NCBI GenBank assembly: GCA_013289665.1
Contig: JABCZN010000011.1
Coordinates: 31,023 to 95,022, forward strand
Reading direction: 5' to 3'
DNA length: 64,000 nt
DNA from: Acidobacteriota bacterium
GTDB taxonomy: Bacteria; Acidobacteriota; Terriglobia; Acidiferrales; UBA7541
This document shows positions 1-10,141 of this stretch, piece by piece. The position numbers and the translations under genes were made by a program. Each line of letters opens with the position of its first letter. Within the stretch, counting starts at the first letter, position 1. The notes under the pieces were generated by a model. That model was not told the DNA's origin. It saw only the letters and a program-made list of their open reading frames with translations, and did no database searches.

Positions 1-1320
1 GAAGCGAATCGCGGCAGGAACGTGATGACTTCGGATCTGACGAAAGCGGTCGAGGATGCCACGCACACAAACGTGGACGCGTTTTTTCGGCAGTGGATTT
101 ATGGAGCAGGCGCGCCGAAATTTGAACTGAGCTATGTTTACGATCAGGCAAAGAAGCAGGTCGCGCTGACGGTCAAGCAGACGCAAAAACGCGAAGGGCG
201 GGTTGGATTGTTCCAGGTCCCCGTGGACGTCGAGATCACCACGGCCAGCGGGCCGAAACTTTATCCGATTCATGTCACGCAGGAGTCGGAGGTATTCACC
301 TTTCCGGCGGATTCCGCGCCGCTGATGGTGCTTTTCGACAAGGGAACGCAAATCCTGAAATCCGCACAGTTTAAGAAAGAAAAAAAGGAATTGCTCTACC
401 AGTTGAAGAACTCGGGCGAAGTGGCAGACCGCGCCGACGCCGCCCTGGCGCTCGCGAAACTCAAGGGCGACGACGAAGTGGTTGCGGCGCTTGGAAACGC
501 CCTAGAGAACGACAGGAGCACCGGTGTGCGCCGGACCGCGGCAAGTTCGCTCGGAGAACTCGGCGGGGCCGCGGCGTCGAAGCAACTGCTCGACGCGCTG
601 AATTCCGCCAAGGAACCATGGGTTCGCGGCAGCATCGTGCTGGCCTTTGAGAATTTCAAAGACGATGCGGCCGTCGTGGCGCGGTTGCTGACCGTGGCGC
701 GCGAGGATACTTCATACCGAGCGCGGGGAGCGGCCTTGCGGGCCCTCGGCCGGATCAAAGGTGCCGGAGCGTACGAAACGTTGGTGGCGGCGGTGAACTC
801 TGATTCGCCGGACGGCTTTTTGTGCAATGCCGCGTTGAATGGACTCGGCTCACTCGGCGATGATAAAGCTGTGCCGCTGCTCCGTGAATGGGCGGCGCCC
901 GGCAAGGATATGGATTCTCGCCAAGCGGCTATCGGCAGCCTGGCGCGACTCGAGAAGGACAACCGGGAACTCACGCAAGTGATTGCCGGATACCTGCAGG
1001 ACTTGCATTTTCCGGTTCGCCGCACGGCGATTTATGCGCTGGGCAGCCGTGGCGACGCTTCGGCGATTCCCGCGCTCGAAGCCATGCTGCAGAGCAAAGG
1101 CCTGAGCATCGAGATGCAGCCGACGATCAGGGAACAGATCGAGCGGCTGAAGAATCCGCTGGCGAAGGGCGATCCGCACGGCATGACGAAGTCGGACGGA
1201 AACGCCGGCGAGAAGACGGGCGAGGATGAACGGTTGATTCGCGTCGAGCAACTGGTAGAGGAGATGAACGACCGCTTGAAAGAAATCGAAAAGCGGCTAC
1301 CGCCGGCGCCGAAGCAGTAA
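1..1320 (+). CDS. M1-family aminopeptidase C-terminal region with HEAT repeats and terminal coiled coil (5'-partial, begins before the window)
   Basis: FFRQWIYGAGAP motif typical of the end of the M1 catalytic domain, then a beta domain and repeated VR..AA.ALG HEAT units; frame is open to the window edge. Confidence 0.8.
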   Translation, partial: EANRGRNVMTSDLTKAVEDATHTNVDAFFRQWIYGAGAPKFELSYVYDQAKKQVALTVKQTQKREGRVGLFQVPVDVEITTASGPKLYPIHVTQESEVFTFPADSAPLMVLFDKGTQILKSAQFKKEKKELLYQLKNSGEVADRADAALALAKLKGDDEVVAALGNALENDRSTGVRRTAASSLGELGGAAASKQLLDALNSAKEPWVRGSIVLAFENFKDDAAVVARLLTVAREDTSYRARGAALRALGRIKGAGAYETLVAAVNSDSPDGFLCNAALNGLGSLGDDKAVPLLREWAAPGKDMDSRQAAIGSLARLEKDNRELTQVIAGYLQDLHFPVRRTAIYALGSRGDASAIPALEAMLQSKGLSIEMQPTIREQIERLKNPLAKGDPHGMTKSDGNAGEKTGEDERLIRVEQLVEEMNDRLKEIEKRLPPAPKQ

Positions 1321-1380
1321 AGGATTGAGGTTTATCCTTTACAAGCTTATCTAACCTCCACTGGACATCATCGGCCAATC

Positions 1381-1492
1381 GTCATCCTGAAGCTATCTGG
1401 CGAGGATAGCCGCGGGATCTAAACCCGGGGGTCTTTCCGGCCCTGCCAGTTGAGATCGTTCGGGACAGAAAACGCGCACCCCTCAGCATGAC
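1381..1492. repeat. REP/REPIN-like inverted repeat pair between convergent genes
   Basis: GTCATCCTGA (1381-1390) inverted to TCAGCATGAC (1483-1492); inner GGGATCT/AGATCGT arms. Confidence 0.6.
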
Positions 1493-1565
1493 AAGTTACC
1501 GGTTTGGTTTAACGACGGAACAACGGTAGGTAAGAAAAAGAGGTCGTTCGAAGCAAAACGCAACG

Positions 1566-2894
1566 CTACGGCTCGGCAAGCAAGATGCGCAAGTCGCGCA
1601 GGTTGTTGCCTGTTGGACCCGTGAGAATCGTGTCGCCGAGTTGTTTGAAAAAGGTGTATGCGTCGCTTTGCTCGAATGCCTCAGCGGAGGCCAGGCCGCG
1701 CGCTTTTGCACGATCAAAAGATTCTCCGTCGGCCACGGCTCCGGCGGCAGGGCTGTTGCCATCCATCCCATCGGTGCCGGCGCTGAGCACCGTGATTTCG
1801 CGCCCGGCGATTTTTTCGACGCACGCAAGCACGAACGCGGAATTCCTGCCGCCGATGCCGCTCCCGGTCACTGGCGAACTCAGTTCTCCATCGGCAATCA
1901 AGGCTACGCGCTGTCCTGGATTCTCATTTTTCCATTCTTCCAACTTCTTTAGCAGGGCATCGGCAGCGCCTGCGACGCGCCAGTCGTCGGTGGAATTGTC
2001 ACAGCAGGTAACATATCCCCGCGCCTCAGACGCATGGTGCGCAGCGTGGAATAGATCGTGCATACCAAGCAGAAGCTGGAAATGCGCATTCTGAAACGCG
2101 GGGTCGCCGGGTTTGGGCGTTTCCGGCATGTTGCCCGCGTCCAGCCAGTCGACCAGCACATCGGGGAATTTCGTGCGCAAGCCGTAGTGCTCGAGAATGC
2201 GATTTACGTCGGCAATGGTGGATGGGTCGGGAACGGTTGGCCCGGAAGCGAGGGCATGTTCCTTGCCTACAGGCACATCGGTGACCGCCAGCGTTACTTT
2301 TGTTGCGCGAGCGCCGGCGAGCGCCAGGCGCCCGCCCTTCACGGCGGAAAGATGGCGGCGCACGGTGTTCATCGCTTCAATCGGCGCACCACAGGTGACC
2401 AGCGCGTGGTTCGCGGCTTGCAGATCTTCGAGGCGCATCCCCGGCACAATTGGCAATTCGGTGAGCGCGGAGCCGCCGCCCGACAGAAGAAAGAAAACCA
2501 CGCTGCGCTCGTCCGCGTCGCAGAGGAGCGCGAGAATCGCTTCCGCCGCGCGCCAGCTGTGTGCGTTCGGGTTGGGGTGGCCGGCGACAAAATAAGAAAG
2601 GCCGGGAATGGGCGTTTCGGGTTTTGTCGGAGCCGCGACGACTCCCTTGAACTCGAACGAGTCGGGCAGAAAAGAACGTAGGCCCGCGGCCATTGCATGC
2701 GCCGCTTTTCCGATGGCGACGACAAATATCGCGCTGCAGGCGGACAGATCGATTGTCGCGTCTTCCAGAACCAGCTTCGAGCCGGCAAGAGTAAGTTTCA
2801 GCTCCATCACGCGCGGGATGTCCAGTGCGGCCAGCGTGCTCTGAAAAATTTCCCGCGCAAGTTGTTTTCCGTGTGTCATGGAAACGGTATTCAA
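1566..2894 (-). CDS. Glycerate 2-kinase (MOFRL/DUF4147, TtuD/GckA family)
   Basis: AIGKAA, GHPNP, LSGGGSAL, SAVKGG, GGRN, GTDGMDG and C-terminal TGPTGNNLRD motifs. Confidence 0.9.
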   Translation of the reverse strand: MNTVSMTHGKQLAREIFQSTLAALDIPRVMELKLTLAGSKLVLEDATIDLSACSAIFVVAIGKAAHAMAAGLRSFLPDSFEFKGVVAAPTKPETPIPGLSYFVAGHPNPNAHSWRAAEAILALLCDADERSVVFFLLSGGGSALTELPIVPGMRLEDLQAANHALVTCGAPIEAMNTVRRHLSAVKGGRLALAGARATKVTLAVTDVPVGKEHALASGPTVPDPSTIADVNRILEHYGLRTKFPDVLVDWLDAGNMPETPKPGDPAFQNAHFQLLLGMHDLFHAAHHASEARGYVTCCDNSTDDWRVAGAADALLKKLEEWKNENPGQRVALIADGELSSPVTGSGIGGRNSAFVLACVEKIAGREITVLSAGTDGMDGNSPAAGAVADGESFDRAKARGLASAEAFEQSDAYTFFKQLGDTILTGPTGNNLRDLRILLAEP

Positions 2895-2898
2895 AGAG

Positions 2899-3879
2899 TC
2901 AGAATTTATTGAGGACCGCCGGATTCAGCATATTCGGCGGCGTCTGCCCCGTGAACAACGCGACCACGTTTTTCGCGGCCATCACGGCCATGTTCGTGCG
3001 TGTTTCAAGCGATGCCGACGCCAGGTGCGGCGCCAGTACCACGTTGGGCCGCTTCAGTCCGGGGTGGATGAACGGCTCATTTTCGTACACGTCCAGCGCC
3101 GCCCCCGCGATTTTCTTGGCATCAAGCGCCGCAACCAGCGCAGCTTCTTCCACTACCGGGCCGCGAGAGGTATTGATCAAAAACGCGGTCGGCTTCATCC
3201 GGTAAAATTTCGGCGAGTCGAACAGGCCGCGCGTTTCCGGCATCAGTGGAACGTGCAGGCTGATAAAATCGGATTCGGCGAGCAGTGTGTTCATATCGCG
3301 ATATTCCACGTTCAGCGATTTGGCGATTTCTTCTGGCGCTTTCACCGCGTCGGTATAAATCACTTTCATTTGGAATCCCAGGGCCCGGCGGGCGACGGCG
3401 CGTCCGATGCGTCCGAATCCCACCAGGCCAAGCGTCTTGCCCCAGATGTCGGCGCCGCACAACTGATCCAAGTTCCAGCCTTTCCAGTTCCCTGAACGGG
3501 CGAGTTGCTCGCCTTCCGCAAGCCGCCGCGCCACGGCCATCATCAAGGTCCAGGCAAAGTCGGCGGTGGTTTCGTCGAGCACTCCCGGAGTGTTTGTGGC
3601 CACCACGCCGCGTTTCGTGCAGGTGGCCACATCAATATTGTCGTAGCCGACGGCGACGTTCGCGGCGATGCGCAGCTTCGGGGCGACGCGGAGAAGTTCG
3701 TCGTTCACTTTTTCGGTCAGCAGGCAGACCAGGCCTTCCTTGTCCTTGACGTGTCGCAACACTTCCTCGCGCGGCGGGCGTTCTTCGTTCGCCCAGTATT
3801 CCACGTCGCAGGCGGCGTTCAGGATTTGTCGGGCTTCCTCAAATAGCTGGTGGGTTGCGAACACTTTCGGTTTTGCCAT
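2899..3879 (-). CDS. D-2-hydroxyacid dehydrogenase (glyoxylate/hydroxypyruvate reductase, GyaR/GhrB-like)
   Basis: AVGYDNID, TNTPGVL, GFGRIG Rossmann motif, INTSRG, LDVYENEP, PHLAS. Confidence 0.9.
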   Translation of the reverse strand: MAKPKVFATHQLFEEARQILNAACDVEYWANEERPPREEVLRHVKDKEGLVCLLTEKVNDELLRVAPKLRIAANVAVGYDNIDVATCTKRGVVATNTPGVLDETTADFAWTLMMAVARRLAEGEQLARSGNWKGWNLDQLCGADIWGKTLGLVGFGRIGRAVARRALGFQMKVIYTDAVKAPEEIAKSLNVEYRDMNTLLAESDFISLHVPLMPETRGLFDSPKFYRMKPTAFLINTSRGPVVEEAALVAALDAKKIAGAALDVYENEPFIHPGLKRPNVVLAPHLASASLETRTNMAVMAAKNVVALFTGQTPPNMLNPAVLNKF

Positions 3880-4006
3880 GCGCGTCCTCTTACGATTTTG
3901 GTCCTCTTACACTAGCACAGCGCGGGACGCCAGCGAGCGCCATTGCCAGCCCGGCGCATGAATTACTATAGTGGGAACGCTCCTGTAAGATTGCCGCCGG
4001 CCTCTC

Positions 4007-5440
4007 ATGGACATTGCTCTCATTCGTGAACTGAAGACGCTTCTCGGACCTGAAAACGTCTTGTCCCAAAAAGAGGATTTGTTGCTGTACGAATTCGACG
4101 GTTCGGTCGAAAAAGGGCGGCCGGAAGTCGTCGTCTTTCCGCACGGCACGGAAGATGTCTCGCGCATCGTGAAGCTAGCCGCTAAACATCAGGTGCCAGT
4201 GGTCGGGCGCGGCGCGGGCACGGGGCTTTCCGGCGGAGCATTGGCGCGCGGTGGCGGAGTGATGATCGTCTTCGCACGGATGAATCGCATCCTGGAACTC
4301 GATTTGCTGAACCGGCGCGCCGTGGTGCAGCCCGGCGTGGTGAATCTGGATATCACCCGCGCGGTGGAGCACGCCGGTTTGTACTTCGCGCCCGATCCCT
4401 CCAGCCAGAAATCGTGCACCATCGGCGGAAACGTGGCGGAAAATTCCGGCGGGCCGCACACGCTGGCGTATGGATTGACCACGAATCACGTCGCCGCGCT
4501 GGAACTCGTACTGCCGGACGGGGAAATTGTGCGGGTTGGCAGCCACCACGGCGACGCGCCGGGCTATGACCTGTGCGGCCTGTTTGTGGGCAGCGAAGGA
4601 ACTCTGGCGCTGGTGACGGAAATTACCGTGAAGCTTTCTCTCAAGGCCGGGTCCGTAATGACGTTGCTGGCCATATTCGATGTGGTGGGTGACGCGTCGC
4701 GAACGGTGGTGGAAATGACGGCGTATGGCATCACGCCCGTGGCTTGCGAGATGCTCGACGGCTGGACGTTGCGGGCGGTCGAGGATTTCATTCATGCCGG
4801 ATTTCCGCGCGACAGCGCCGCAGTCTTGCTGATTGAGGTGGAGGGCCTGCGCGAAGCATCAGAATCGCAAGCCGCCGCGATTCGGGAAATCTGTCACGCC
4901 AACGACGCGCGGGAAGTGCGCACGGCACGCGATGAGCGTGAGCGCGAGTTGTTGTGGAAAGGCCGTAGAAATGCTTTCGGCGCCCTGGGCCGGCTGGCGC
5001 CATCCAACTATGTTCTCGATGGCGTGATTCCGCGGTCGAAACTCCCGGAAGCGCTCGAGCAGATTCATGCAATCGGGAAGAAGTTCGGCTTCCAGATCGG
5101 CAATATCTTCCACGCCGGGGACGGAAATCTGCATCCAATCGTTCTCTACGATCCGCGGGACACGGAGCAATTCAAGCGTGCCATCGCCGCTGCCCGAGAA
5201 ATCATCCGCATGTGCATTTCGCTCGGTGGGTCGTTGACGGGCGAGCATGGCGTCGGCATGGAAAAAAACGAGCTGATGCTCCTCGTTTTCAGCGATGCGG
5301 ATTTCGACCTGATGCGGCGGATTCATGATGCGTTCAATCCCGATTCGTCCCTGAACCCCGGAAAGATTTTCCCGTTAAGCAAAGGTTGCGGGGAAATCCA
5401 CGTCCGCAAATCAGGGCCGGCTGCGGCGAGCCCGTCGTGA
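4007..5440 (+). CDS. glcD: Glycolate oxidase FAD-linked subunit
   Basis: RGAGTGLSGG, APDPSS, TIGGNVAENSGG, GSEGTL, HAGDGNLHP, GEHGVG; first of three linked genes. Confidence 0.9.
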   Translation: MDIALIRELKTLLGPENVLSQKEDLLLYEFDGSVEKGRPEVVVFPHGTEDVSRIVKLAAKHQVPVVGRGAGTGLSGGALARGGGVMIVFARMNRILELDLLNRRAVVQPGVVNLDITRAVEHAGLYFAPDPSSQKSCTIGGNVAENSGGPHTLAYGLTTNHVAALELVLPDGEIVRVGSHHGDAPGYDLCGLFVGSEGTLALVTEITVKLSLKAGSVMTLLAIFDVVGDASRTVVEMTAYGITPVACEMLDGWTLRAVEDFIHAGFPRDSAAVLLIEVEGLREASESQAAAIREICHANDAREVRTARDERERELLWKGRRNAFGALGRLAPSNYVLDGVIPRSKLPEALEQIHAIGKKFGFQIGNIFHAGDGNLHPIVLYDPRDTEQFKRAIAAAREIIRMCISLGGSLTGEHGVGMEKNELMLLVFSDADFDLMRRIHDAFNPDSSLNPGKIFPLSKGCGEIHVRKSGPAAASPS

Positions 5441-6819
5441 CGAGCGCCATCAGCTTGCCGATTCGTCTGGAACAATTGGTCGGCAGCGATCGCGTGGTCG
5501 CTTCCGAAAGTGCGGTGAAGGCGTTTGCCATCGCGGGGCGTGCGCCTATGGCCGTGCTGAAGCCGCGCTCGGCGGAAGAAATTGCCGAAATTGTGAGTTT
5601 CGCCGCGGTGGAAAAGCTGGCCCTGCTGGCGTGCGGCTCGCGCAGCAAATTGGAACTGGGAATGCCTCCTCGCCATTATGACCTGGCAGTGGACATGACC
5701 GCTCTTCGCGGGATTGCGCACTACGATCCCGGAGACCTGACGGTGAGCGTGGACGCAGGGATGCCACTGAACGAACTTGCAAAAAAGCTGGCCGCGCAAA
5801 AACAATTCCTGCCGTTGGCTGTGCCTTGCAGCGCAACGTCCACCGCGGGCGGCGCAATCGCTTCGGGGATCGACTCCACGCTTCGCCAGCAATACGGCAC
5901 CGCGCGCGATTTCCTGATCGGAGCGGAATTTGTGGATGGCACGGGCAAGCAGTGCAAAAGCGGCGGCCGCGTGGTGAAGAATGTCACCGGCTACGATCTG
6001 CACAAATTACTCGTCGGCTCGCTCGGCACGCTGGGAGTTATCTCGCGCCTCAACTTCCGCACTTTTCCCTTGCCAGAATTGTGCGGTGCACACCTTGCGG
6101 TTTTACCGACACTGGAAACGGCCCTGAATTTCCACGCTTCGCTCCTGAACTCTGGCCTGCCTTTTTCAAATCTCGAACTGTTCGACTCTGGCTTTTCCGC
6201 TCTTCTTTCGAGCCATTTGAAAACAATTGGCGAAGACATTCCCGAATCGGTCCGGGCGACTGGCTGGCATGTGTTTGCCTCTTTTGAAGGGAGCGAAGCG
6301 GTCCTCCAGCGCATCACACGCGAACTTCAGAAGCTCGCGGACCGGGCGCAAGCCGAACGCAGCGAGACGCTCGATTTGCAGCACTCTCACTTCGTGAACG
6401 AAGGGCTGCGGGAGGCGTTCGATTGGCTCCGCCGAGCCGCGCCCGGCCTTTCGATACTTCGAATCGCCCTGCCTGGGGTCAAATCGGTGGATCTGAAACA
6501 AATTCTGGACCTGTCAGAGCCATCGCCTTTGCGTGCTTCATTCCTTCTCCGCGCCTGTAACGTCGCCTATCTCGCCGTGCTCGCCGCGAACGACAATGCG
6601 CAATCGATTGCAATTCTTGAGCGCGGAATTTCTGCGTTATTCTCGCGCGTAGAAACAAGAAATGGCAGCGCCGCGTTGCTCGATGCTCCTCCCTGGCTGA
6701 AAGAACGGATCAATGTGTGGGGACGACAGCGTCCGGATTTCCCGCTGATGCAGCGAGTGAAACAGGCATTCGACCCGCAAAATATTTTCTCTCCCGGACG
6801 ATTCGTGGGAGGCATCTGA
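5437..6819 (+). CDS. glcE: Glycolate oxidase FAD-binding subunit
   Basis: GTG start overlaps the glcD stop (GTGA); GGRVVKNVTGYDL, GSLGTLG and KQAFDP..FSPGR motifs. Confidence 0.85.
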   Translation: MTSAISLPIRLEQLVGSDRVVASESAVKAFAIAGRAPMAVLKPRSAEEIAEIVSFAAVEKLALLACGSRSKLELGMPPRHYDLAVDMTALRGIAHYDPGDLTVSVDAGMPLNELAKKLAAQKQFLPLAVPCSATSTAGGAIASGIDSTLRQQYGTARDFLIGAEFVDGTGKQCKSGGRVVKNVTGYDLHKLLVGSLGTLGVISRLNFRTFPLPELCGAHLAVLPTLETALNFHASLLNSGLPFSNLELFDSGFSALLSSHLKTIGEDIPESVRATGWHVFASFEGSEAVLQRITRELQKLADRAQAERSETLDLQHSHFVNEGLREAFDWLRRAAPGLSILRIALPGVKSVDLKQILDLSEPSPLRASFLLRACNVAYLAVLAANDNAQSIAILERGISALFSRVETRNGSAALLDAPPWLKERINVWGRQRPDFPLMQRVKQAFDPQNIFSPGRFVGGI

Positions 6820-6822
6820 GCC

Positions 6823-8118
6823 GTGGCCGCGCAGCAACCCATTCCCGGCACGAATCCCGTCTACGAAGATTTTTCCCGCTGCGTGCATTGCGGATTGTGC
6901 CTCAACCATTGCCCGACCTACCGCTTGTGGCAACTGGAGGCGGATTCGCCGCGCGGGCGGATTCGCCAGATGATGCTGGTGAATCAGGGCGAACTTCCGG
7001 TGTCGGAGGGATTCGTCGATCACATTGATAAATGCCTGGATTGCCGCTCGTGCGAAACCGCATGCCCTTCGGCCGTGAATTACGGAATGCTGGTGGAGCA
7101 TGCGCGGGCGCGAATCGAGCGGGATTTCAAACGGCCTTTGTTCTCGCGACTGGCGAGAAATGCTCTATACCGTCGTTTGCTGCCCTATCCCGAGCGCATC
7201 GCGATAGTGGCGAAACTTCTGCGGTTCTACCAACGCTCCGGCTTACAAGCCTCTGCAAGGTCCACGGGAATTCTGAAGCTGCTCGGACTGAGGGAGCGAG
7301 ACTTGTTGCTGCCGCCGGTGGATCGCCGTTTCTTTTTCGATCAACTGGGCAAAACGTTCCCCGCACAGGGAGCGCGCCGCGCCCGCGTCGCCTTTTTCGC
7401 CGGTTGCGTGGCCAATGTCGCGTTCGCGGCTTTGAATAAAGCGACGATCCGGGTGCTTACCGCCAATGGCTGCGAAGTGGCGGTTCCCGACGGGCAATTC
7501 TGCTGCGGCGCGCTGCCGGCGCATGCGGGCGTGCGCGATGTGGCCCGCGACATGGCCCGCCGGAACATCGCAGCTTTCGCCGCCGCGAATTTTGACTCGC
7601 TGGTCACCAATGCCGCCGGGTGCGGCTCGACGCTGAAGGAGTACGATCATCTCTTCACAGCGGACGAACCGGAATTCGCCGCCGCCGCCGCACTGGCTAA
7701 AAAGACGCGCGACGTCACCGAGTTTCTTCTGGCGCTGGGGCTCTCCGCTCCCCCGAAGTCCGTGCCCGCGCGCGTCACCTACCAGGATTCCTGCCATCTT
7801 CTGCATGGGCAGAAAATTCGCGAAGCGCCGCGGCAGTTGTTGCGCGCGATTCCCGGCGTGGAATTTGTGGAATTGCCCTTCGCGGACATCTGTTGCGGTT
7901 CGGCGGGAGTCTACAACGTGACTGAAACGAAAGCATCTCTCGATCTGCTCGCTGAAAAAATGGCCTTCGCCCAGGCCACGAACGCGCAAATCATCGCCAC
8001 CGCCAATCCGGGTTGCCTGCTGCAACTGCGTGCCGGTGCGGAAATTCACAAAACCGGCCAGGAGGTACTCCACGTGATCGAACTGCTCGATCGAGCCTAC
8101 TCGAACTCTTCTGCTTGA
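6823..8118 (+). CDS. glcF: Glycolate oxidase iron-sulfur subunit
   Basis: Two 4Fe-4S motifs (CVHCGLCLNHCP, CLDCRSCETACP) and two CCG domains. Confidence 0.9.
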   Translation: MAAQQPIPGTNPVYEDFSRCVHCGLCLNHCPTYRLWQLEADSPRGRIRQMMLVNQGELPVSEGFVDHIDKCLDCRSCETACPSAVNYGMLVEHARARIERDFKRPLFSRLARNALYRRLLPYPERIAIVAKLLRFYQRSGLQASARSTGILKLLGLRERDLLLPPVDRRFFFDQLGKTFPAQGARRARVAFFAGCVANVAFAALNKATIRVLTANGCEVAVPDGQFCCGALPAHAGVRDVARDMARRNIAAFAAANFDSLVTNAAGCGSTLKEYDHLFTADEPEFAAAAALAKKTRDVTEFLLALGLSAPPKSVPARVTYQDSCHLLHGQKIREAPRQLLRAIPGVEFVELPFADICCGSAGVYNVTETKASLDLLAEKMAFAQATNAQIIATANPGCLLQLRAGAEIHKTGQEVLHVIELLDRAYSNSSA

Positions 8119-8129
8119 ATCGGGAGCAT

Positions 8130-8396
8130 TCACCGTTCGGCAATCAGGTACCGGCAGCCCTCCGGCCCGGTTCTTGCCGAATGCATAATCCCCGCGGGCA
8201 GGTCGCAGCGGTCGCCGGTGCGGTAGGTCTTCGTTTCGCCATCCATGGTCATACTCATCTCACCGTTTAGGATAATGTGCGCTGACTCTGCACGGTGGGT
8301 ATGCTCGCGGTACTCCACGCCAGGGCCGTCTTCCCAGACATACAGATGAGTGTAGCCCTCCAGGATCAACTGTTCGGCGAGGTCCTTCTCTTCCAT
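8130..8396 (-). CDS. Cupin domain protein
   Basis: HTH...H and PAG..H cupin motifs. Confidence 0.75.
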   Translation of the reverse strand: MEEKDLAEQLILEGYTHLYVWEDGPGVEYREHTHRAESAHIILNGEMSMTMDGETKTYRTGDRCDLPAGIMHSARTGPEGCRYLIAER

Positions 8397-8541
8397 GGTC
8401 CCAATCTTAGCGCTTTTCTCAACCATAAGACCAACTCCTCAACTCAACCCCAAAAAACGACTTCGCCCTCGCTGCAGCAATGGGGGTAGCTGCAGCAAGG
8501 GCGTGCCGTCTTCAGGAGAGAAGATCGTTGACCCGCGCGGA

Positions 8542-9405
8542 TTATTCGGCCGGCGGGGACGGTGGAACAGCCGCGGGAGCTCGCCCGCCGGGGCCGTACA
8601 TCATGTTGCCTCTGCCGCGTGGATGCCCCTGCCGGACGGCGTAGTCCGACGGCACGGCAAAGAGCGTGGCCGCTGGCTCCTGGCGTTGAATGTTGGTCAA
8701 GGTGTACGTGGTCGAGCCAAAGCGCGGGTCGGTCCGCGTGCTTTTCACCACCAGCTGGAGATCCGCCGAATACCAGCGCTCGGTAACGGCGGTGATGGGC
8801 TTGTCGTTGCCGATCTGCCCCGCGGGAATTGTGCGAGTGTAACGCGTTCCCTGAGCGGCAACTCCGTTAATCGTCTGCGTGCCGAGGTCTTCCTTCTTGA
8901 CCGTGCCATTGGCGATTTCCTGCTGGACGTGGGCTTCAAACTTATCCTGCAAACCGCCGTGATTTCCCTTGCCATGACTAGGCGCGGGCAATTGCTCCGC
9001 GAGCTTGGTGTCGGGGTGAAGAATGAATGCGGTGCCCGCCACCGGATCGTGAATCATCACGAAGGGATTCGATTTCCCGCTGGCAACCAGCGGACCGATG
9101 ACCGGGAGCGTGGTCTCACGGCGCACGCGTCCCTGTCCGTCGCGAAAAATATTGGCTTGAATCTTGCGGTCGATGGTGGTGCCGTCCGCGAGAGTCTGCG
9201 TCGTCTCAGTGACGGCAACGGCCGAATATGGCGCACCGGCAACCACTTTCCCCGAGTGCATCTCCTCGAATCCCAGAATCTTCATGCGCGAGCCAAGCGG
9301 CCCGCCGGGTATGAACTCACCTTGCGGCGGTGGTTCCTGCGCGTTCAGCGCGGCGCTGCTGAGCATCGCTGCCGTGAAAACAGTTAAAATCCAGTTCCTC
9401 TTCAT
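8542..9405 (-). CDS. Secreted hypothetical protein (LolA/outer-membrane-sorting-like beta fold suggested), third gene of the ECF locus
   Basis: AGGAGA SD upstream, signal peptide MKRNWILTVFTAAML...AQ; APYSA...RDGQGRVRRE and WYSADLQL...EP...LF.VP pattern. Confidence 0.7.
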   Translation of the reverse strand: MKRNWILTVFTAAMLSSAALNAQEPPPQGEFIPGGPLGSRMKILGFEEMHSGKVVAGAPYSAVAVTETTQTLADGTTIDRKIQANIFRDGQGRVRRETTLPVIGPLVASGKSNPFVMIHDPVAGTAFILHPDTKLAEQLPAPSHGKGNHGGLQDKFEAHVQQEIANGTVKKEDLGTQTINGVAAQGTRYTRTIPAGQIGNDKPITAVTERWYSADLQLVVKSTRTDPRFGSTTYTLTNIQRQEPAATLFAVPSDYAVRQGHPRGRGNMMYGPGGRAPAAVPPSPPAE

Positions 9406-9472
9406 TCCAGATTCTCCTCTACTTCTCTCCTGGGGCTTCTCTCCCGAACGCGGCGAGCGCGCTGGGCGAAAC

Positions 9473-10120
9473 TCAGTTGCTTGACTGCGGCAGGCGATAC
9501 GCCTCCGGCTGGCCATCGGCGCCAAGCAGCAAATCCACTTGCACCACGTCATTTGCATGCTCTTCATTAACAGACAAGCCCAACGCGCCGAGCGAGCCGC
9601 GCTCCATCTGCACTCGCACCACCGTTGTGTCGTCCAGCATTCCAGGGACCGCGCCCGGTATCAGGGCGAACTCATCCCCATCGTTTTCGGCAATCAGTGT
9701 GCCGCCAAGTTCAGGCCCGGTGGCAACGGAATGAATCGTCGTGGGTGTTGGGAATGGCCGTTGCTCTTTCGCCGTATTGACGACCCCATGCCTCTGCCAG
9801 AACGCCAGCGAAGTGGCAACCAGAACCAGCGCAGCGGCAGCGAGCAGCCAACTTGCCAACACCGCCCTGCCGTGGCTCTTCTCCGTGGTGTGTCGCGTCC
9901 GAAATTCCTGGCGCAGCCGCATCTCCACGCGGGAAGGTGCTGTCCCTTCCGAAGTCAGTTGCCCCAGTTCGCGCAAGTCCGCTCGCAACACCAGCGAGCT
10001 TTCGTACAGCGCCGCGCAGTCCGGGCAACTCCGCAAATGTTCAAAAACCGCCGCGGAGTCCAGTCCACCGGTGTCGAGATCCCGATCCATGCCTGTAATG
10101 GCAAATTCTTCGCAATTCAT
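9473..10120 (-). CDS. Zinc-binding transmembrane anti-sigma factor
   Basis: HxxxCxxC (HLRSCPDC) ZAS motif, single TM helix, directly downstream of the ECF sigma gene. Confidence 0.8.
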   Translation of the reverse strand: MNCEEFAITGMDRDLDTGGLDSAAVFEHLRSCPDCAALYESSLVLRADLRELGQLTSEGTAPSRVEMRLRQEFRTRHTTEKSHGRAVLASWLLAAAALVLVATSLAFWQRHGVVNTAKEQRPFPTPTTIHSVATGPELGGTLIAENDGDEFALIPGAVPGMLDDTTVVRVQMERGSLGALGLSVNEEHANDVVQVDLLLGADGQPEAYRLPQSSN

Positions 10121-10141
10121 CTTCACTTCTCCCACTAATCT

